NCBI GenBank assembly: GCA_964016885.1
Contig: OZ024741.1
Coordinates: forward strand, 175,584,001 to 175,648,000
From: Eledone cirrhosa
Taxonomy: Eukaryota
Direction of reading: 5' to 3'
DNA length: 64,000 nt
The notes beneath the pieces are model-generated. The model saw nothing but the letters and a program-made list of their open reading frames with translations. It searched no databases and had not been told where the DNA came from. Every line of letters starts with the position of its first letter. Position 1 is the first letter of the stretch. Below are positions 1-13,984 of the stretch, in pieces. The translations under genes and the position numbers were made by a program.

Positions 1-65
1 ACTAACTCCAATTTAGTGAAATGTATATACATATCAGTGAATGATAGTTAGTAAAATATCTATCG

Positions 66-547
66 TTACTGAACATTGCATTTTACATTTTATCACTGAT
101 AAATTTTAGTTACCTATTTAGGCTTCCATAAATGTTGCCCTTTTCCTAACGATATTTGTATAATATTGTTTATATTTTTCGCTCTCCAACTGGAAGTGAT
201 GTACATGTAAGGTATATATGATTTGTATTTGATTAATACTGCTGAGATTATTCTAACAAGAATTGCATCTTTTTATTAGTCTAAAGAAACGGTCGTAAAT
301 CAATTATATGATTTAATTAAAATCCTTGATAATCTTTATTCTTTTTCTGTATATATATATATATAATATAGAATAATCTCAGCAATATTAATTAAATACA
401 AATCATATATACCTTACATGCACATGGTGAGTGAAAAATATAAACAATATTATACAAATATCGTTAGGAAAAGGGCAACATTTATGGAAGCCTAAATAGG
501 TAACTAAAATTTATAAGTGATAAAATGTAAAATGCAATGTTAAGTAA
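66..547. repeat. Inverted repeat, arms ~66-255 and ~370-547, spacer includes (TA)n
   Basis: acattgcattttacattttatcact...ggcttccataaatgttgcccttttcctaacgatatttg is the reverse complement of caaatatcgttaggaaaagggcaacatttatggaagcc...agtgataaaatgtaaaatgcaatgt. Confidence 0.9.
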
Positions 548-552
548 GCAGT

Positions 553-629
553 GGGAGATGAAGCAGAGGGGAGACATTGAATGTTTTTTATTCCATGTCA
601 GACAATGTCTCCCCTCGGCTTCATCTCCC
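553..629. repeat. GC-rich hairpin, 27-bp stem
   Basis: gggagatgaagcagaggggagacattg pairs with caatgtctcccctcggcttcatctccc (1 mismatch), 23-nt loop. Confidence 0.85.
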
Positions 630-1674
630 GCTACGTATTCCACGTGACCCATCGCCGGGAATCAACAATCGTATCCATGGTGGTTTTTATGGGAAATTAC
701 TCAGAGGATCTGTATTTTGAAGTGTTATCAGTTGCCTGCTGTGTGCTTTAACATGGACGTCTCGCAAATATCGGATGACCTCTGTGAAAACAATGCCCCC
801 TGCCGACGGCATGGATTAGTGGAATAAGTCCACCTAGAATATCAAAAACTAATAATCACTTTCATGCTTATTTCTTATAGCTGTTTAAGCTAAGGAGATA
901 AAGGTAGTGTCCATGATCATTATTAGTATCTTCGAGGCTATTGGGAGGGAAGTTGGAAGTTATGCTAAAAATGGAAACATGGTCAGAATGCATGTAGCAG
1001 AGTGGACATCATTAATTGCACTAAGCGTCAAGTGGTGGTGTTAAACTGGGTGACAGCGTAAGACTACCAGCCAAGTAGGTCAAAGTAAGCTTGAAAAAAG
1101 ACCAAGAACCAAATGGAAATAATGAAAGGTATTTCACATGTCACTCAAACAAACGCGCCCATCTACTACCCTGTACTGGTACTTTATTTTAACGATCCTA
1201 AAAGGATAAAAGGCAAAGTTGACCTCTATAGGATTATTTCTGTTAATTTGTGTCAGCGAATCTATAAAGTATCCAGCATATAAAGGATTCTAGACATGGC
1301 AATCCCATCTTGGATCATATACTCACAAAACCGGAAAACAGAACATTCCATCAGAAATAATTGTTTTCTGATCATATTGAAAATAATAAATCTCTCCTTC
1401 CGTCAATATTCCATATTATATTCATCAGGCCACAGGTTATCCCCGGTTTCCTTGGCGTTAAGTGACTGAGAGTACAAGACTGTCCCTTGACAGGACGCAA
1501 GTCTATCACAGGTTTACCTCCCCCATTACTGCTAGTACTCACTCTCAGCTGAATGTACCAAAGTACGCAAAGTAAAGTGTTGAGCCCAAGACGACAACGC
1601 AGCAACCTGTCCAGGAATCGAAGACTATTTCTCGATTCCGCTATGGCTCATCTGCTCATCAATTCTTACTAGCA

Positions 1675-1850
1675 TTTCCATGAGGCCAGCAATTTTGGGG
1701 AAGAAGAAAGTCGATTACATCGACCCCAGTACTTAACTTAACTAATACTTTATACGTCAAAGTTGCTCTCGGTTGGATTTGAACTGAGAACCTAGAAAGT
1801 CGTAACTAAATACCGAAAAGCTCTAATAACTCTACCGATCGGCCGCTTTT
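1675..1850 (-). mobile_element. tRNA-derived SINE (dominant family of this window), degraded
   Basis: aggccagcaattttgggg...gtcgattacatcgaccccagtact...ggatttgaactgagaa matches the reverse complement of copies at 4735 and 6695. Confidence 0.75.
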
Positions 1851-2439
1851 CTTCTTTACATTAATGACATAAAAAGAGCTCCGGATGAGTCTAATAAGAT
1901 GAACAAAATTCTTTAACTATATATCCCCCACCCTCAAGGTCTGATGATTAGTATAATCTTCTAGAACAGAATATAGTATAGAGAATTACGTGGAAAGATG
2001 ATAGAACATCCACCACCAAAAAACAAAACCAAAAAAAACCCAACAACAACAACAAAACAAAACAGAACGCTAACAAACAAGACACACAAAACATCTTTTG
2101 CAGTGTTCATGGTTGCCAGAAGGAATAGTCTTAACTGAAGACCACATATAGAGAAATACGGTGAAATAATACTGAATGTAGCAACTGGAAATAATGCCCG
2201 CACAACCTTGCACGCACATGCACATATATATATACACATACATGCACACGCCCAGACATATATATACACGCAAACATACGCACACACACATATATACACG
2301 CACATACACATGCGCACACACTCAAACATACATTCAAACAGACAAACATAAACATATATCCACAAAATATTTAGATTGATAAATACATTTAATTATTGAA
2401 TTTAATATAAAAAAATAAGCATATTTTATATTGCAACCA

Positions 2440-2640
2440 ATATTTGGTAAGTATGCTTGACGTAGTATCATAATGTTGCAGGTTCGATTCCCAGACAGGC
2501 TGATGCGTTGTCTTCTTTGTGTTACTTCGGTACAATTAGCTGAGAGTGAGTACTAGCAGTGGCTGGAGAGTTAAAGCTGTGATAGACTAGTGTCCTGTCC
2601 AGGGGAAGTCTTGTACTCCGGCCTGATGAGTCTTCAGCTT
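2440..2640 (+). mobile_element. Second tRNA-derived SINE family, degraded
   Basis: B-box-like ggttcgattccc followed by gcgttgtc...; related reverse-strand copies near 1570-1640 and 3725-3825, plus-strand copy near 17150-17280. Confidence 0.55.
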
Positions 2641-2899
2641 AGAACAGACTTAAATAACAATATTTAAACCATACGGATTAAGATATATAACCTTTTTCTT
2701 TTATTTACTCTTTTACGATCTCATTTTCCGGATTCGTAACAGGAAAACATTCGGATATTCTAAATCGAATTTTAGTCTCCTGATTTTTTTCATAGCATAA
2801 ACAATATAAATATAAATATATTTTGGTTGAGGAGAAGTTGAATTTTGATATATTTCTCCTTAAATCTTGTCGCTCAACCAGATGTAAACAAAATCTGAA

Positions 2900-3420
2900 A
2901 CATAAAATAATATCTTACATACGAAATATTCAATAAGAGTATATATCTAAAAAAATCTATTCAAAGAATCCAGAGAAGAGTAAGAAAAATTCTAGCAGAA
3001 ATTAGAAATCTTATGGAGAACCTTTTAAAAAATTAAGAATTAGGACTTTTAGGAAGAGAAAGAGGTGATATGAAAGAAGCTTCTAGAATGTGTGATTACA
3101 TTATTGAGATGAAGAACAAACCTAGGAATGAGAACTTTACAGGAGAGAAGGAAAAGTGGAGACGATAGAAGTATTTGATATGATAAAAGCACTTGAGAAT
3201 ATAAATGTTTGTACACTATTTAAATGTATTCCAGAACGAAACTAAGTGTAAGAAGTGGTCACAAATATACATTCTATAAAACAAAAAATCTTTAAAGATA
3301 TCTGAAAAAAGTCATTGTCAAAAAGTCATTAGTGAATGGATGACTTACCAAATCATTTAGTAAACACCACAACAGTAATTGATTTCTAAAATTGATATGA
3401 CAGATATAAGAGGAATGAAT
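2900..3420 (+). mobile_element. CR1-like LINE 3' end, heavily degraded
   Basis: Manual translation across frameshifts: IQRIQRRVRKILAEIRNL..ERGDMKE...GHKY...VISEW.DLPNHLVNTTTV.DFK; typical CR1 ORF2 C-terminus (QRRATK..RGD..RGH..WN.LP). Confidence 0.65.
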
Positions 3421-3591
3421 AGATTAAATAAGGATCAGAAGTGAGACTAAAGCATCAAAGTGCATAATGAATCTCATTTTAATTGTGTTCTTTCTCATTT
3501 CAACAGTATATTTCAAATTTAACACGGGAGATACAAATTTACAACGGGAGATACAAAAATATTCTTTGTTCCTTTCATAACTATAACTATA

Positions 3592-3626
<35 letters not shown>

Positions 3627-3724
3627 ATATATATATATCGACAGTCGATCGAATTTCGTCAATGTTTCCAATGGTCTTTCCAATTTCTAATACTATCTAT
3701 CGGTCGAAACTCCAGGTAGAAGGA

Positions 3725-3825
3725 GCAACGTGAAATAAAGTGTCTTGCATAAGGACATAACGTATCGCCCGGTTCGGGAATCGACCTCACAACCTCACGA
3801 CTGCCAATCCAATTCTCCAACCACT
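3725..3825 (-). mobile_element. tRNA-derived SINE head (second family)
   Basis: Reverse complement contains gtgaggtcgattcccgaacc (B-box) and gtccttatgcaagacacttta. Confidence 0.6.
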
Positions 3826-3845
3826 CATACACACACACATTCACC

Positions 3846-3989
<144 letters not shown>

Positions 3990-4734
3990 TTAATAGCAAA
4001 TCCTGCTTTCTTAATGTGTTTTACCATTATGTGTACAACTACCAGAAGACAGCTATATGACACACTAAATAGACAACTCCATTGGAGAGCACTGTTATGA
4101 ATCAAACAATATAAAATAGTTTCCATACAGAGCTTAATGCTTGAATATATATAAACATTAACAAAAAAAAAAAATCTACAATACACACCTTAATTCAAGT
4201 ACAACTTAGGAGTATGTACAATTCTTTCACTAGGGGTTTTAGGTCCCCAAGCACTCGTGAACAAACAGACATTCTCTCAATTCTCTATTCCCGGATCGAG
4301 TACAATATCTAGCGTGTGACATCTGGAAGGAGAGAGGCCTGCATCAGCAGTTGACTAGTACTTTCTTTATAGATCACAAAAGGATGAACGGTTAAGTGGC
4401 TATCGGCGGTATTTGAACATACAATGCAGAAACCTGGGACAAATATCCACTGTTCTAATGGCTCCCAACATCATGGTCATTTTAAACCTAGCGGGGAATT
4501 TTCCATGGTGGTTTTTGGTTGATGTTCATACCATTTTTTTTTTGGGGGGGGGGGGGGGTGTGGATTTCATGAGTGTAGTAGACAATCCTGTGCACATGTG
4601 TGGATGGCTGTTGATTCTCCTAAGTTCCTCCGCCATTTTTTGGTTTTATTTTTCATCCCGCAGGGTCTCCAAACATCACCCTCCTCACCAAGCGACCTTG
4701 GCGGGGTTGTCGGTTCAGTCACCGATGACTCGAC

Positions 4735-5250
4735 CAATTAGATTGGCTGTATCGGTATAGAGTCGGACAGAGAGTTACAGTCCTTTACGGTCTGATTTCA
4801 AATCACGCCGAGGTTGACTTTGCCTTTCATCCTTACGGGGTCGATAAAATAAAGCACCAGTAACGTACTGGGTCGATCTAATCGACTTTCCCCTCCCGCA
4901 AATTACTGGCCTTGTGCCTATAGTAGAAATCATTATTATATTACCATTACTACCATCACAACTACTACCACCAAGACCACCATCACCACCACCAAACCAC
5001 CACCACCACCACCATCACTACCACCACTACAACCACAACCACAACACCACCATCACCATTATTTGGTGGATTGGCAGTATCGGTAGAAGGTCGGACGCCA
5101 TGCTTTGACGCATTGAGTTATGGCCCTTGCCATTCTGAGTTCAAATCCCGCCGAGGTTAACTTTGCGTTTCATCCTTACGGGGTCGATAAAATAAAGTAC
5201 CAGTAATACACTGGGGTAATAACTGGCCTTGTGCCAAAAGAAGAAACAAT
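4735..5250 (+). mobile_element. Two copies of the dominant SINE separated by a (CCA)n tract
   Basis: gattggcagtatcggtaga...gagttcaaatcccgccgaggttaactttgcctttcatccttacggggtcgataaaataaagtaccag...ggccttgtgcc consensus. Confidence 0.9.
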
Positions 5251-5919
5251 TATTTCTATATAAGTAGTTAGCTTCAGCAAGGCTATTCTTTTGTCCGCTG
5301 TGCCTCCCTTCCAGTACCCCCACCACCACGTTAGATCTTACTTGTTTCCATTTCAGTAGCATTCCAGTGATACTGAGATATTTCAGACCTTTCTCTTGTG
5401 CTGGTCTACCATATTATTTCGTTGGTCGAAAGAAGAGTCTATTATCATTCATGGAACTTCATTTGTTTACCAGAGACACCTAGTGATGTGATGGAGGTGG
5501 GTGGAAAGGATCGAGGGTTTGCAGAGAGAAGTGTTGCCAAAAGTTGAATTATTTTGCTTATCAGTTATATCTTAACTTTAGCTTATCTGAGCTAGTGATA
5601 GAGAGCTGTTGCTAAAAGTAAGCTTACGTAGGGAATAAACAACAAAAAGAACAGAGAGGGTCCAACAGCCTCAACGCACCACATCACCACATGGTGATAG
5701 TAGAGAGAGAGAGAGAAGGAAAAAAAAAATATATACATTAATGAGATGAAATGAAATGAAGGAAAAAGAAAGCAACAAAACAATTTTTTTTTCAATAACC
5801 TGAAGAAGTAAAATGAAAAGTTGAGAGACTTTGCATATCAGTTGTATATCTTACTTTTAGCTTCTGCCTGAGCCAGTGGTAGAGAGGTGTTTATAAAAGT
5901 AAGCTTACGTAGAGAATCA

Positions 5920-7040
5920 TTATTCTGAGTTCAAATCCCGCCGAGTTTAACATTGCCTTTCATCCTTACGGGTTCGATAAAATAAAGTACCAGTAATGCA
6001 CTGAGGTAACTGCTGGCCTTGTGCCAAAAGTAGAAACAATTATTATTAATTGGCAGTATCAGTAGAGCCTCGGACACTATGCTTTGTCGCTTAGAGTTAC
6101 AACCCTTTACGTTGTGAGTTCAAATCCCGCCGAGGTTAGCTTTACCTTTCATCCTTACGAGGTCGATAAAATAATGGTTTCTACTTTAGGCACAAGGCCA
6201 GCAATTACCCAGTGCATTACTGGTACTTTATTTTATCGACCCCGTAAGGATGAAAGGCAAAGTCAACCTCGGCGGGATTTGAACTCAGATCGTAAAGGGA
6301 CGTAACTATGCTAGAAAGCATGGCGTCCGACCCTCTACTGATACTGCCAATCCACCGCCCAAGGTCGATAAAATAATGGTTACTTATATAGGCACAAGGC
6401 CTACAATTTTGGGGGAGGGGAAAGTCGATTAAATCGACCCCAGTGCGTGACTAGTATTTTATTTTATCGACCCCATAAGGATGAAAGGCAAAGTTAACCT
6501 CGGCGAGATTTGAACTCAGATCATAAATGGCCGTAACTCTATACTGCAAAGCATAGCGTCCGAACCTCTACCGATACTGCCAATCCACCGATAAAATAAT
6601 GCACCAGTAATGCACTGAGGTTGATTTAATCGACTTTTCGCTAACCAAAAATTGCTGGCCTTGCACCTATAGTAGTAATTATTACTATTACTATAGGGCG
6701 GTGGATTGGCAGTATCGGTAGAGGGTCGGATGCCATGCTCTGCAGCAAAGAGTTACGGACGTTTATGGTCTGAGTTCAAATCCCGCCGAGGTTAACTTTG
6801 CCTTACATCCTTACGGGGTCGATAAAATAAAGTACCAGTAATGCACTGGTTAATTGCTGGCCTTGTGCCAAAAAGTAGAAATAATAATAATAATAATTAT
6901 TATTATTATCATATCTGAGTTCAAATCCCGCCGAGGTTAACTTTGCCTTTCATCCTTATGGCGTCGATAAAATAAAGTACCAGTAATGTACTGGGTGTTT
7001 GCTGGCCTTGTGCCAAATGTAGAAACAATTATTATTATTA
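5920..7040. mobile_element. Cluster of 6 SINE copies, nested and in both orientations
   Basis: Plus copies at ~5922, 6049 (split), 6695, 6914; minus copies ~6176-6360 and ~6378-6590. Confidence 0.9.
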
Positions 7041-7680
7041 TCATAATCTTTTTGATGGACGGATGTTAAATATTTGAGGACAGATTTTCTTGTCTGGTCA
7101 AGCCCTCAACATCCTCCTCAAGTCACGTGGTAAATATGAAGAGGGTGGTGCTGTTTTTAGTGAGTTCCGTGGAAGCTAGTTGGCTTACTCTGTCGATGCC
7201 TTCTTAAGGCGGGGTAAGAAACCGAAATATGACATTTTTAAAAGTCGATGCGACTGTAATGGGATATTTTGTGTGTGTGTGTGTGTGTGTGTATGTGTGT
7301 ACGTGTGCATGTATCTGTGTGGCTCCTTATTAACGGATATATTTGTGTATTGTTAGTGTTGCTATTGGTTGTATTATCATACTGCAATTTTATTTTGTTA
7401 TTTCCCCTCCTCTTTACTTGATGTATATACCAGTTTGTAATATATCTTTCCTCATTGTATTGTCCCTAACGTTGAGAGAATATATATCAGCAGGGCTTGA
7501 GGAAACAACACCAATAAACCGCCCATGGCATATCACACAATGGAAACTGCATGAGTAATCTTTATTCATTTTATTTTTATTCATATAATTTTCTGTTCAC
7601 GTAAACACTGCATGATAAGGTCGTATTTAATACATAATACTTAACATCGAAATACATATAACAGGAATTACGTAACAAAT

Positions 7681-7783
7681 AAATGTAGTAAATTATTACC
7701 TGTTGGCTTCTACTACATTGTTATATATATATATATAAATAACAATGAAGTAGAAGCCAACAGGTGATAATATATCACATTTA
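7681..7783. repeat. Short inverted repeat centred on (TA)n
   Basis: ttattacctgttggcttctactacattgttat vs ataacaatgaagtagaagccaacaggtgataa. Confidence 0.85.
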
Positions 7784-7822
7784 TATATATATATAAATAT
7801 ATATATATAATATAATATATAT

Positions 7823-7854
<32 letters not shown>

Positions 7855-7925
7855 AACATATATAAAATTACCTACAGTAACTGGATGTTACAATCCCTAA
7901 ATACACATACACACATACATACAAT

Positions 7926-7995
<70 letters not shown>

Positions 7996-8105
7996 TAGAA
8001 GAAATATGATTTCACTTCAAGCATAGCTTTATACAATATGTATAAATATTTCGTATCTCCAAAGAAATACAGTATAGGAAGCCGTAGCTATGCAAACACC
8101 GAAAT

Positions 8106-8161
<56 letters not shown>

Positions 8162-8318
8162 TCAAGTTATCAATAATGTAGTGATAATAAATCGTCACGT
8201 TAGAGATGAACAGCGTACGTGTAGGTTTGCTCAACGAGTATAAATTATATTCCGGAGAAAATGTAGAAAAGATGAATATAAAATGAAAGTGCTTTTATAA
8301 AGGAATTTATTAGGTATT

Positions 8319-8427
8319 GACATATGTTTCTGTAACAGACGGAATACCTATGTATCGCTGCTTGCGTAATCATATAATGTTAGCAAGTATTCGATAGCAA
8401 ATGTATAATCAGTTGTCACTTCTTCAG
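8319..8427 (-). ncRNA. Hammerhead ribozyme motif with extended helix II in PLE1 pLTR (mirror copy 11019-11127 + is degenerate)
   Basis: Minus strand: CTGAAGA agtgaca...(~80 nt)...tgttaca GAAA catat GTC; palindromic acatatgt helix III; helix I pairing is weak. Confidence 0.55.
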
Positions 8428-9001
8428 AGAAATTGCATAAATTGGAAAAAATCAGAAAAATCAAAGTATTTATATTAGTTGTAAGAAAGGAAGAAGAGAA
8501 TGGATATTATATGACAGATGGCAATTCAATTTAAACAAGTATATAGAATGGTAAACAAGTATATAGAAGGTTTTTAATGAGAATACAATGAGTGTATGGC
8601 TTATTTTATCTAAATAAGTATTTTTGGGAGTGCCTATTTTAATCTATATTTGACCAGTTGAACAATGGACAGGGCTGGTCGTTTGGTGTAGTAGTATTAA
8701 TACAGATATAAAGTGTCAAGTAAGGAAGAGAGAGATTTTCACTGCTACTGTATAACAACAATGCTGGTAGCCTGCTGGTATATGCATTAGGGAATTGAAT
8801 TAAGAAATCTCATTTTATCTATAGCAGTTTATATTAAATGGTAACTAATAGAAGAGTTGATAGTTACAGTATAACGCTGATTACAGTATAACGATCGCTC
8901 TATTCTGTTATTTAATAAAATATTTTTGGATTTCATAATACAAAATATTTCCATATTACACAATTTACAAAATTCACAATTTACAAAATTCACAATTTAC
9001 T

Positions 9002-10564
9002 AAATTTATTCAGTTCGATATTGATGAGTATTATTTCTCAATCTCACCTGATACTCTGGATGAAGCCCTTTCGTTCGCTAAAGCTAACTCCGACCTTACG
9101 GATGATGAAATTAGTATTATTATGGAAGCGAGGAAAACTATTGTTAAATTTGATGATAGCTACTGGGTTCGCAAAGATAGACCTTCTAATTTTGATATAA
9201 CTATGGGTTCCAATGAATCGGCGAAAGTAACTGATCTTGTGGGAATTTATATCACCCACAGACTACAAGGACAATTCAAGGATCTCCACGGTGGACTCTA
9301 CCGTGACGATGCGCTCCTATTAGTTAAGCATATGAATAACCAGAATTTAGAAAGGATGCGTAAAAATATTAGAAAACTTTTTAAGGAACTAGGATTAAAT
9401 ATTACATTTGAATATAACCTCAAAGAGGTTAATTTCCTTGATGTTACTTTGAATCTCAATACAGAAACTATTAAACCGTTCCATAAACTAAATTAGAACC
9501 TTAAATATGTAAATACGGGTTCTAACCATCCACCCTGTATAATTAAATCCATCCCTAGAAATATTTCCCTTAGAATCTCCCACCTGTCGTCCAACCAGCA
9601 AACCTTCAAAGAACATGCCGAATATTATGATGATGCACTTAGGAAGGCTGGACACCTAGATAATATAGAGTATGTAGTCGACGATCACCAAAACACCCAA
9701 AATAAATCTTATAGAGGTAGAAATAGCATAGAATCACCACCATACATACACTACCGCAATAGAGACACTAATAGTCGCACACCACCAAACAGAAGGCGAT
9801 GTAAAGAGTATATGTGGTACAACCCGGTCTATAACAATTCTATTAAAACCAATCTATACCTCACAATTCTTTCGATTAGTTAAACAATATTTTCCAACAT
9901 CACATAATAAAATCTTAAACCCTAACACTATTCGACTTTCATATTCAACCGCCCCTAATATTGAACAACATATACAAAAGCTTAACAAAAAACGGTTGTA
10001 TAAACGCCTTCCAACACATAACAATACACGTAAAACATCGGCTATAACATCACAAAACAACAAACAACATGCCGTCCTGCCTAAGCAAATTCATCAACCC
10101 ATCCATGGTAATACAACAACGCATAATTATAACTGTAACTGTGTCCAACCAGGAATGTGTCCGTTGAACTATCAGTGTCTTGAACGCAACATCATATACA
10201 AATGTACTATCGAATCGGGTAGCCAGAAGTGGTACTGTGTGGGGTCTACAGCTACCTCTTTCAGATCTCGCCTTTATAGACATCGTTACTCGATAAAACA
10301 TGAAAACCAGCATTATGTAACAACATTCGCAGACAAGGCTTGGCAGCTGCGCGAAAATAACCATCAATTTAACCTAAAATGGGATATTATGGTTGGGCCC
10401 CTGCATATTTCCAAGGACAGGAATTTTGTAAATTGTGTAATCAGGAAATATTTTGTATTATGAAATCCAAAAATATTTTATTAAATAACAGAATAGAGCG
10501 ATCGTTATACTGTAACCATCGCTTGAAATCTACATTTTCCTATTACGAACGCTACCAGGATTGA
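9002..10564 (+). pseudogene. PLE reverse transcriptase + GIY-YIG endonuclease, interrupted by stop and frameshifts
   Basis: KFIQFDIDEYYFSIS...FDITMGSNESAKVTDLVG...GGLYRDD...VNFLDVTLNL...SNHPP; CNCVQPGMCPL..CL..NIIY...CVGST..F..R..H; CKLC..E; LLNNR..CNH. Confidence 0.9.
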
Positions 10565-11182
10565 ACACCTGTCCCCACCTACGTTTGATTGTCAAAATAC
10601 ATATTAACATTCTCTATTACTCTTAATTCTATCAACTCTTCTATTCTTTACCATTTAATATAGACTGCTATAGATAAAATGAGATTTCTTAATTCAATTC
10701 CCTAAAGCATATACCAGCAGAAAATATCTCTCTTCCTTACCTGACACTTTATATCTGTATTAATACTACTACACCAAACGACCAGCCCTGTCCATTAGTT
10801 CAACTGGTCAAATATAGATTAAAATAGGCACTCCCAAAAATACTTATTTAGATAAAATAAGCCATACACTCATTGTATTCTCATTAAAAACCTTCTATAT
10901 ACTTGTTTACCAGCAAATTTAATTGCCATCTGTCATATAATATCCATTCTCTTCTTCCTTTCTTACACCTAATATAAATATTTTGTTTTTTATGATTTTT
11001 CCAATTTATCCAATATCTCTGAAGAAGTGAGAACTGATTATACATTTGCTATCGAATACTTGCTAACATTATATGATTATGCAAGCAGCGATACACAAGT
11101 ATTCCGTCTGTTACAAAAATATATGTCAATACCTAATAAATTCCTTTATAAAAGCACTTTCATTTTATATTCATCTTTTCTA

Positions 11183-11860
<678 letters not shown>

Positions 11861-12107
11861 AGAATGAAACGAAATTTCATTTCTAACTCTTAGTACGGCT
11901 GATACTTATATGTAAGTATGTATACGTACACACATATATGTATACAGACTTGCAGTAGTATGTATATATATACATACATGCACACATATATATATATGTA
12001 CGTATGGGTTTACCGAACATTTACTATAATGTTCCGTTTGTTTGTAAACAAGTCGCCCGAATTACGCGCAACCTTCGTCGCCTTTTTGTTCAACACTGAC
12101 ACAGGCA

Positions 12108-12148
12108 CGATGTACTAGTTTCAAGCTTATTAGCTATCGTCAGCATCG
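12108..12148 (-). ncRNA. Minimal type I hammerhead ribozyme
   Basis: cgatg CTGACGA tagct aata agctt GAAA cta GTA catcg: helix I cgatg/catcg, helix II agct/agct, palindromic actagt helix III. Confidence 0.85.
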
Positions 12149-12364
12149 CATACCTTCCTGTCAGATGATTGAACGTTTGAAAGTATATACTTTCTTTATG
12201 CATATTAACGGCTGAGCAGCCTAATTTGCATATCGGTAAATGTTCGGTAAACCTATACGTACATATATATATATGTGTGCATGTATGTATATATATACAA
12301 ACTACTGCTCGTCTGTATACATATATGTATGTACGTATACATACTTACATTTATATATATATAT

Positions 12365-12482
<118 letters not shown>

Positions 12483-12541
12483 CGGCGATGAATTAGTTTA
12501 GCGAGGTTTTTTATATGAAATCGTGTGTCGAAACAAATGTT

Positions 12542-13041
12542 GTTATACTTGGGGAGGGTCATATTTGTGTAATATTGCCAGAATTAATAACAGAACACAC
12601 TCACTGTTTGGTTGGTTTTCGCTTCTCGCTGTCTTTTATACCTGCGATCTAACTTAATCGGTCCTCAATGTTGCCATTGACTGACAAAAGAAGACAAAAT
12701 AAAATAAACAAACAAGCAAATAAATAAATAAATATATAGACAGACTGAATAAAAAATGGCGTAGACATACAACACAATAGGAGGAAAAAATATAACACCA
12801 CTGACGATGTTGCAGATGTGCAACGAAAGATTTATGTAAATTATGTAAACTATATATATGTGTTTGTGTCTATATTGTATCTGTATTATTTTTGACCGTC
12901 GGTCAGTCAATGGCAACATTGAGGACCGAGTAAGTTAGATCGCAGATATAAAAGACAGCGAGAAGCGAAAACCAACCAAACAGTGAGTGTGTTCTGTTAT
13001 TAATTCTGGCAATATTACACAAATATGACCCTCCCCAAGTA

Positions 13042-13045
<4 letters not shown>
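12542..13045. repeat. Inverted repeat, 144-bp arms (12542-12685 / 12902-13045) between (TA)n tracts
   Basis: gttatacttggggagggtc...ccattgactgac vs gtcagtcaatgg...gaccctccccaagtataac, about 2 mismatches. Confidence 0.92.
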
Positions 13046-13101
<56 letters not shown>

Positions 13102-13984
13102 AACACAAATACACACCTACACACACACATAAATGTATTAATATCGATGTCAGTTGATTGTCAGTATTGTATTTTCTCACCGCAATCGACGAATTATGAT
13201 GTAACCACACTTAAGAACTGTCAGTTGTACCAATGTAAGTAAGATCTGGTATCAGGTAGACCGGTATTTGGCGGAGTGTCGGTATGTTAATACATAAGAA
13301 GACACAGTTCTATATACTATTGTTCAATTTATTAAATAACAACTGTTATGTAAATTTCAGAGGTATTAGACAAAGTTATGTACATCCAATATGTCATAAT
13401 TCGATGGGAATTAATAAGATATGTGGTACGCAAACTCCGGGGCATGAGATGTTGATTGATCAAAATTCAGTCGGCATATTTTAAAAATTGATGTATGGAA
13501 ATGTAGAACCGTGTCTTCATATTTATTGATACACACACACACACATGCACATACACGCACACGCACATGCACATACACGCACACGCACATGCACATACAC
13601 ATACGCACGTATGCACACACACACAATTCAATAATTTGTTGGTAATCTGTAGTGTGAATGTATAGAGTACAAAGAGAACAAGTGGAGTTTTTTTTCTGCT
13701 ATCTTCCACCTCTTCTCTCTCCTCGCCTCATTCATTCCCAATGTGTGACTAACGCCTTATAGGTAGAAGAATTCCTTTTCTTTTTCCTATAGGCGTGAAA
13801 CAAATATGTATGTATGATCCCGTAACTCCCGACAGAGCTGTAGGGGTGCCGTATTGACATACGACATTTCCTTGGTATTTTAAGCCTGGCGGAGCCCATC
13901 CCTCTCCAGGCCTGAGTACAGCAGATTTCTTCTAGAAAAAGATAGAAAGTGAGATAGAGGAAATGTGAGATATATAGAGGAAAA

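Larger units (their letters stand above)
8264..11182 (+). mobile_element. Penelope-like retroelement 1, 5'-truncated, with inverted pLTR arms (8264-8975 / 10421-11182)
   Basis: Arms are reverse complements over ~700 bp; interior encodes PLE RT and GIY-YIG; flanked by (TA)n. Confidence 0.92.

Noticed and set aside
1876-1912. Hammerhead-like cggatgagtctaataagatgaac
   Set aside because: Both core motifs mismatch and helices I/III are unsupported.
4914-5108. Pro/His-rich ORF
   Set aside because: (CCA)n microsatellite between two SINEs.
5558-5917. ~80-bp diverged direct repeat (5558 and 5836); also short tandem duplications at 45308-45385 and 53180-53320
   Set aside because: Ordinary local duplications with no additional structure.
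6695-6790. tRNA gene (A/B-box-like motifs)
   Set aside because: It is the head of a multi-copy SINE; no complete cloverleaf evident.
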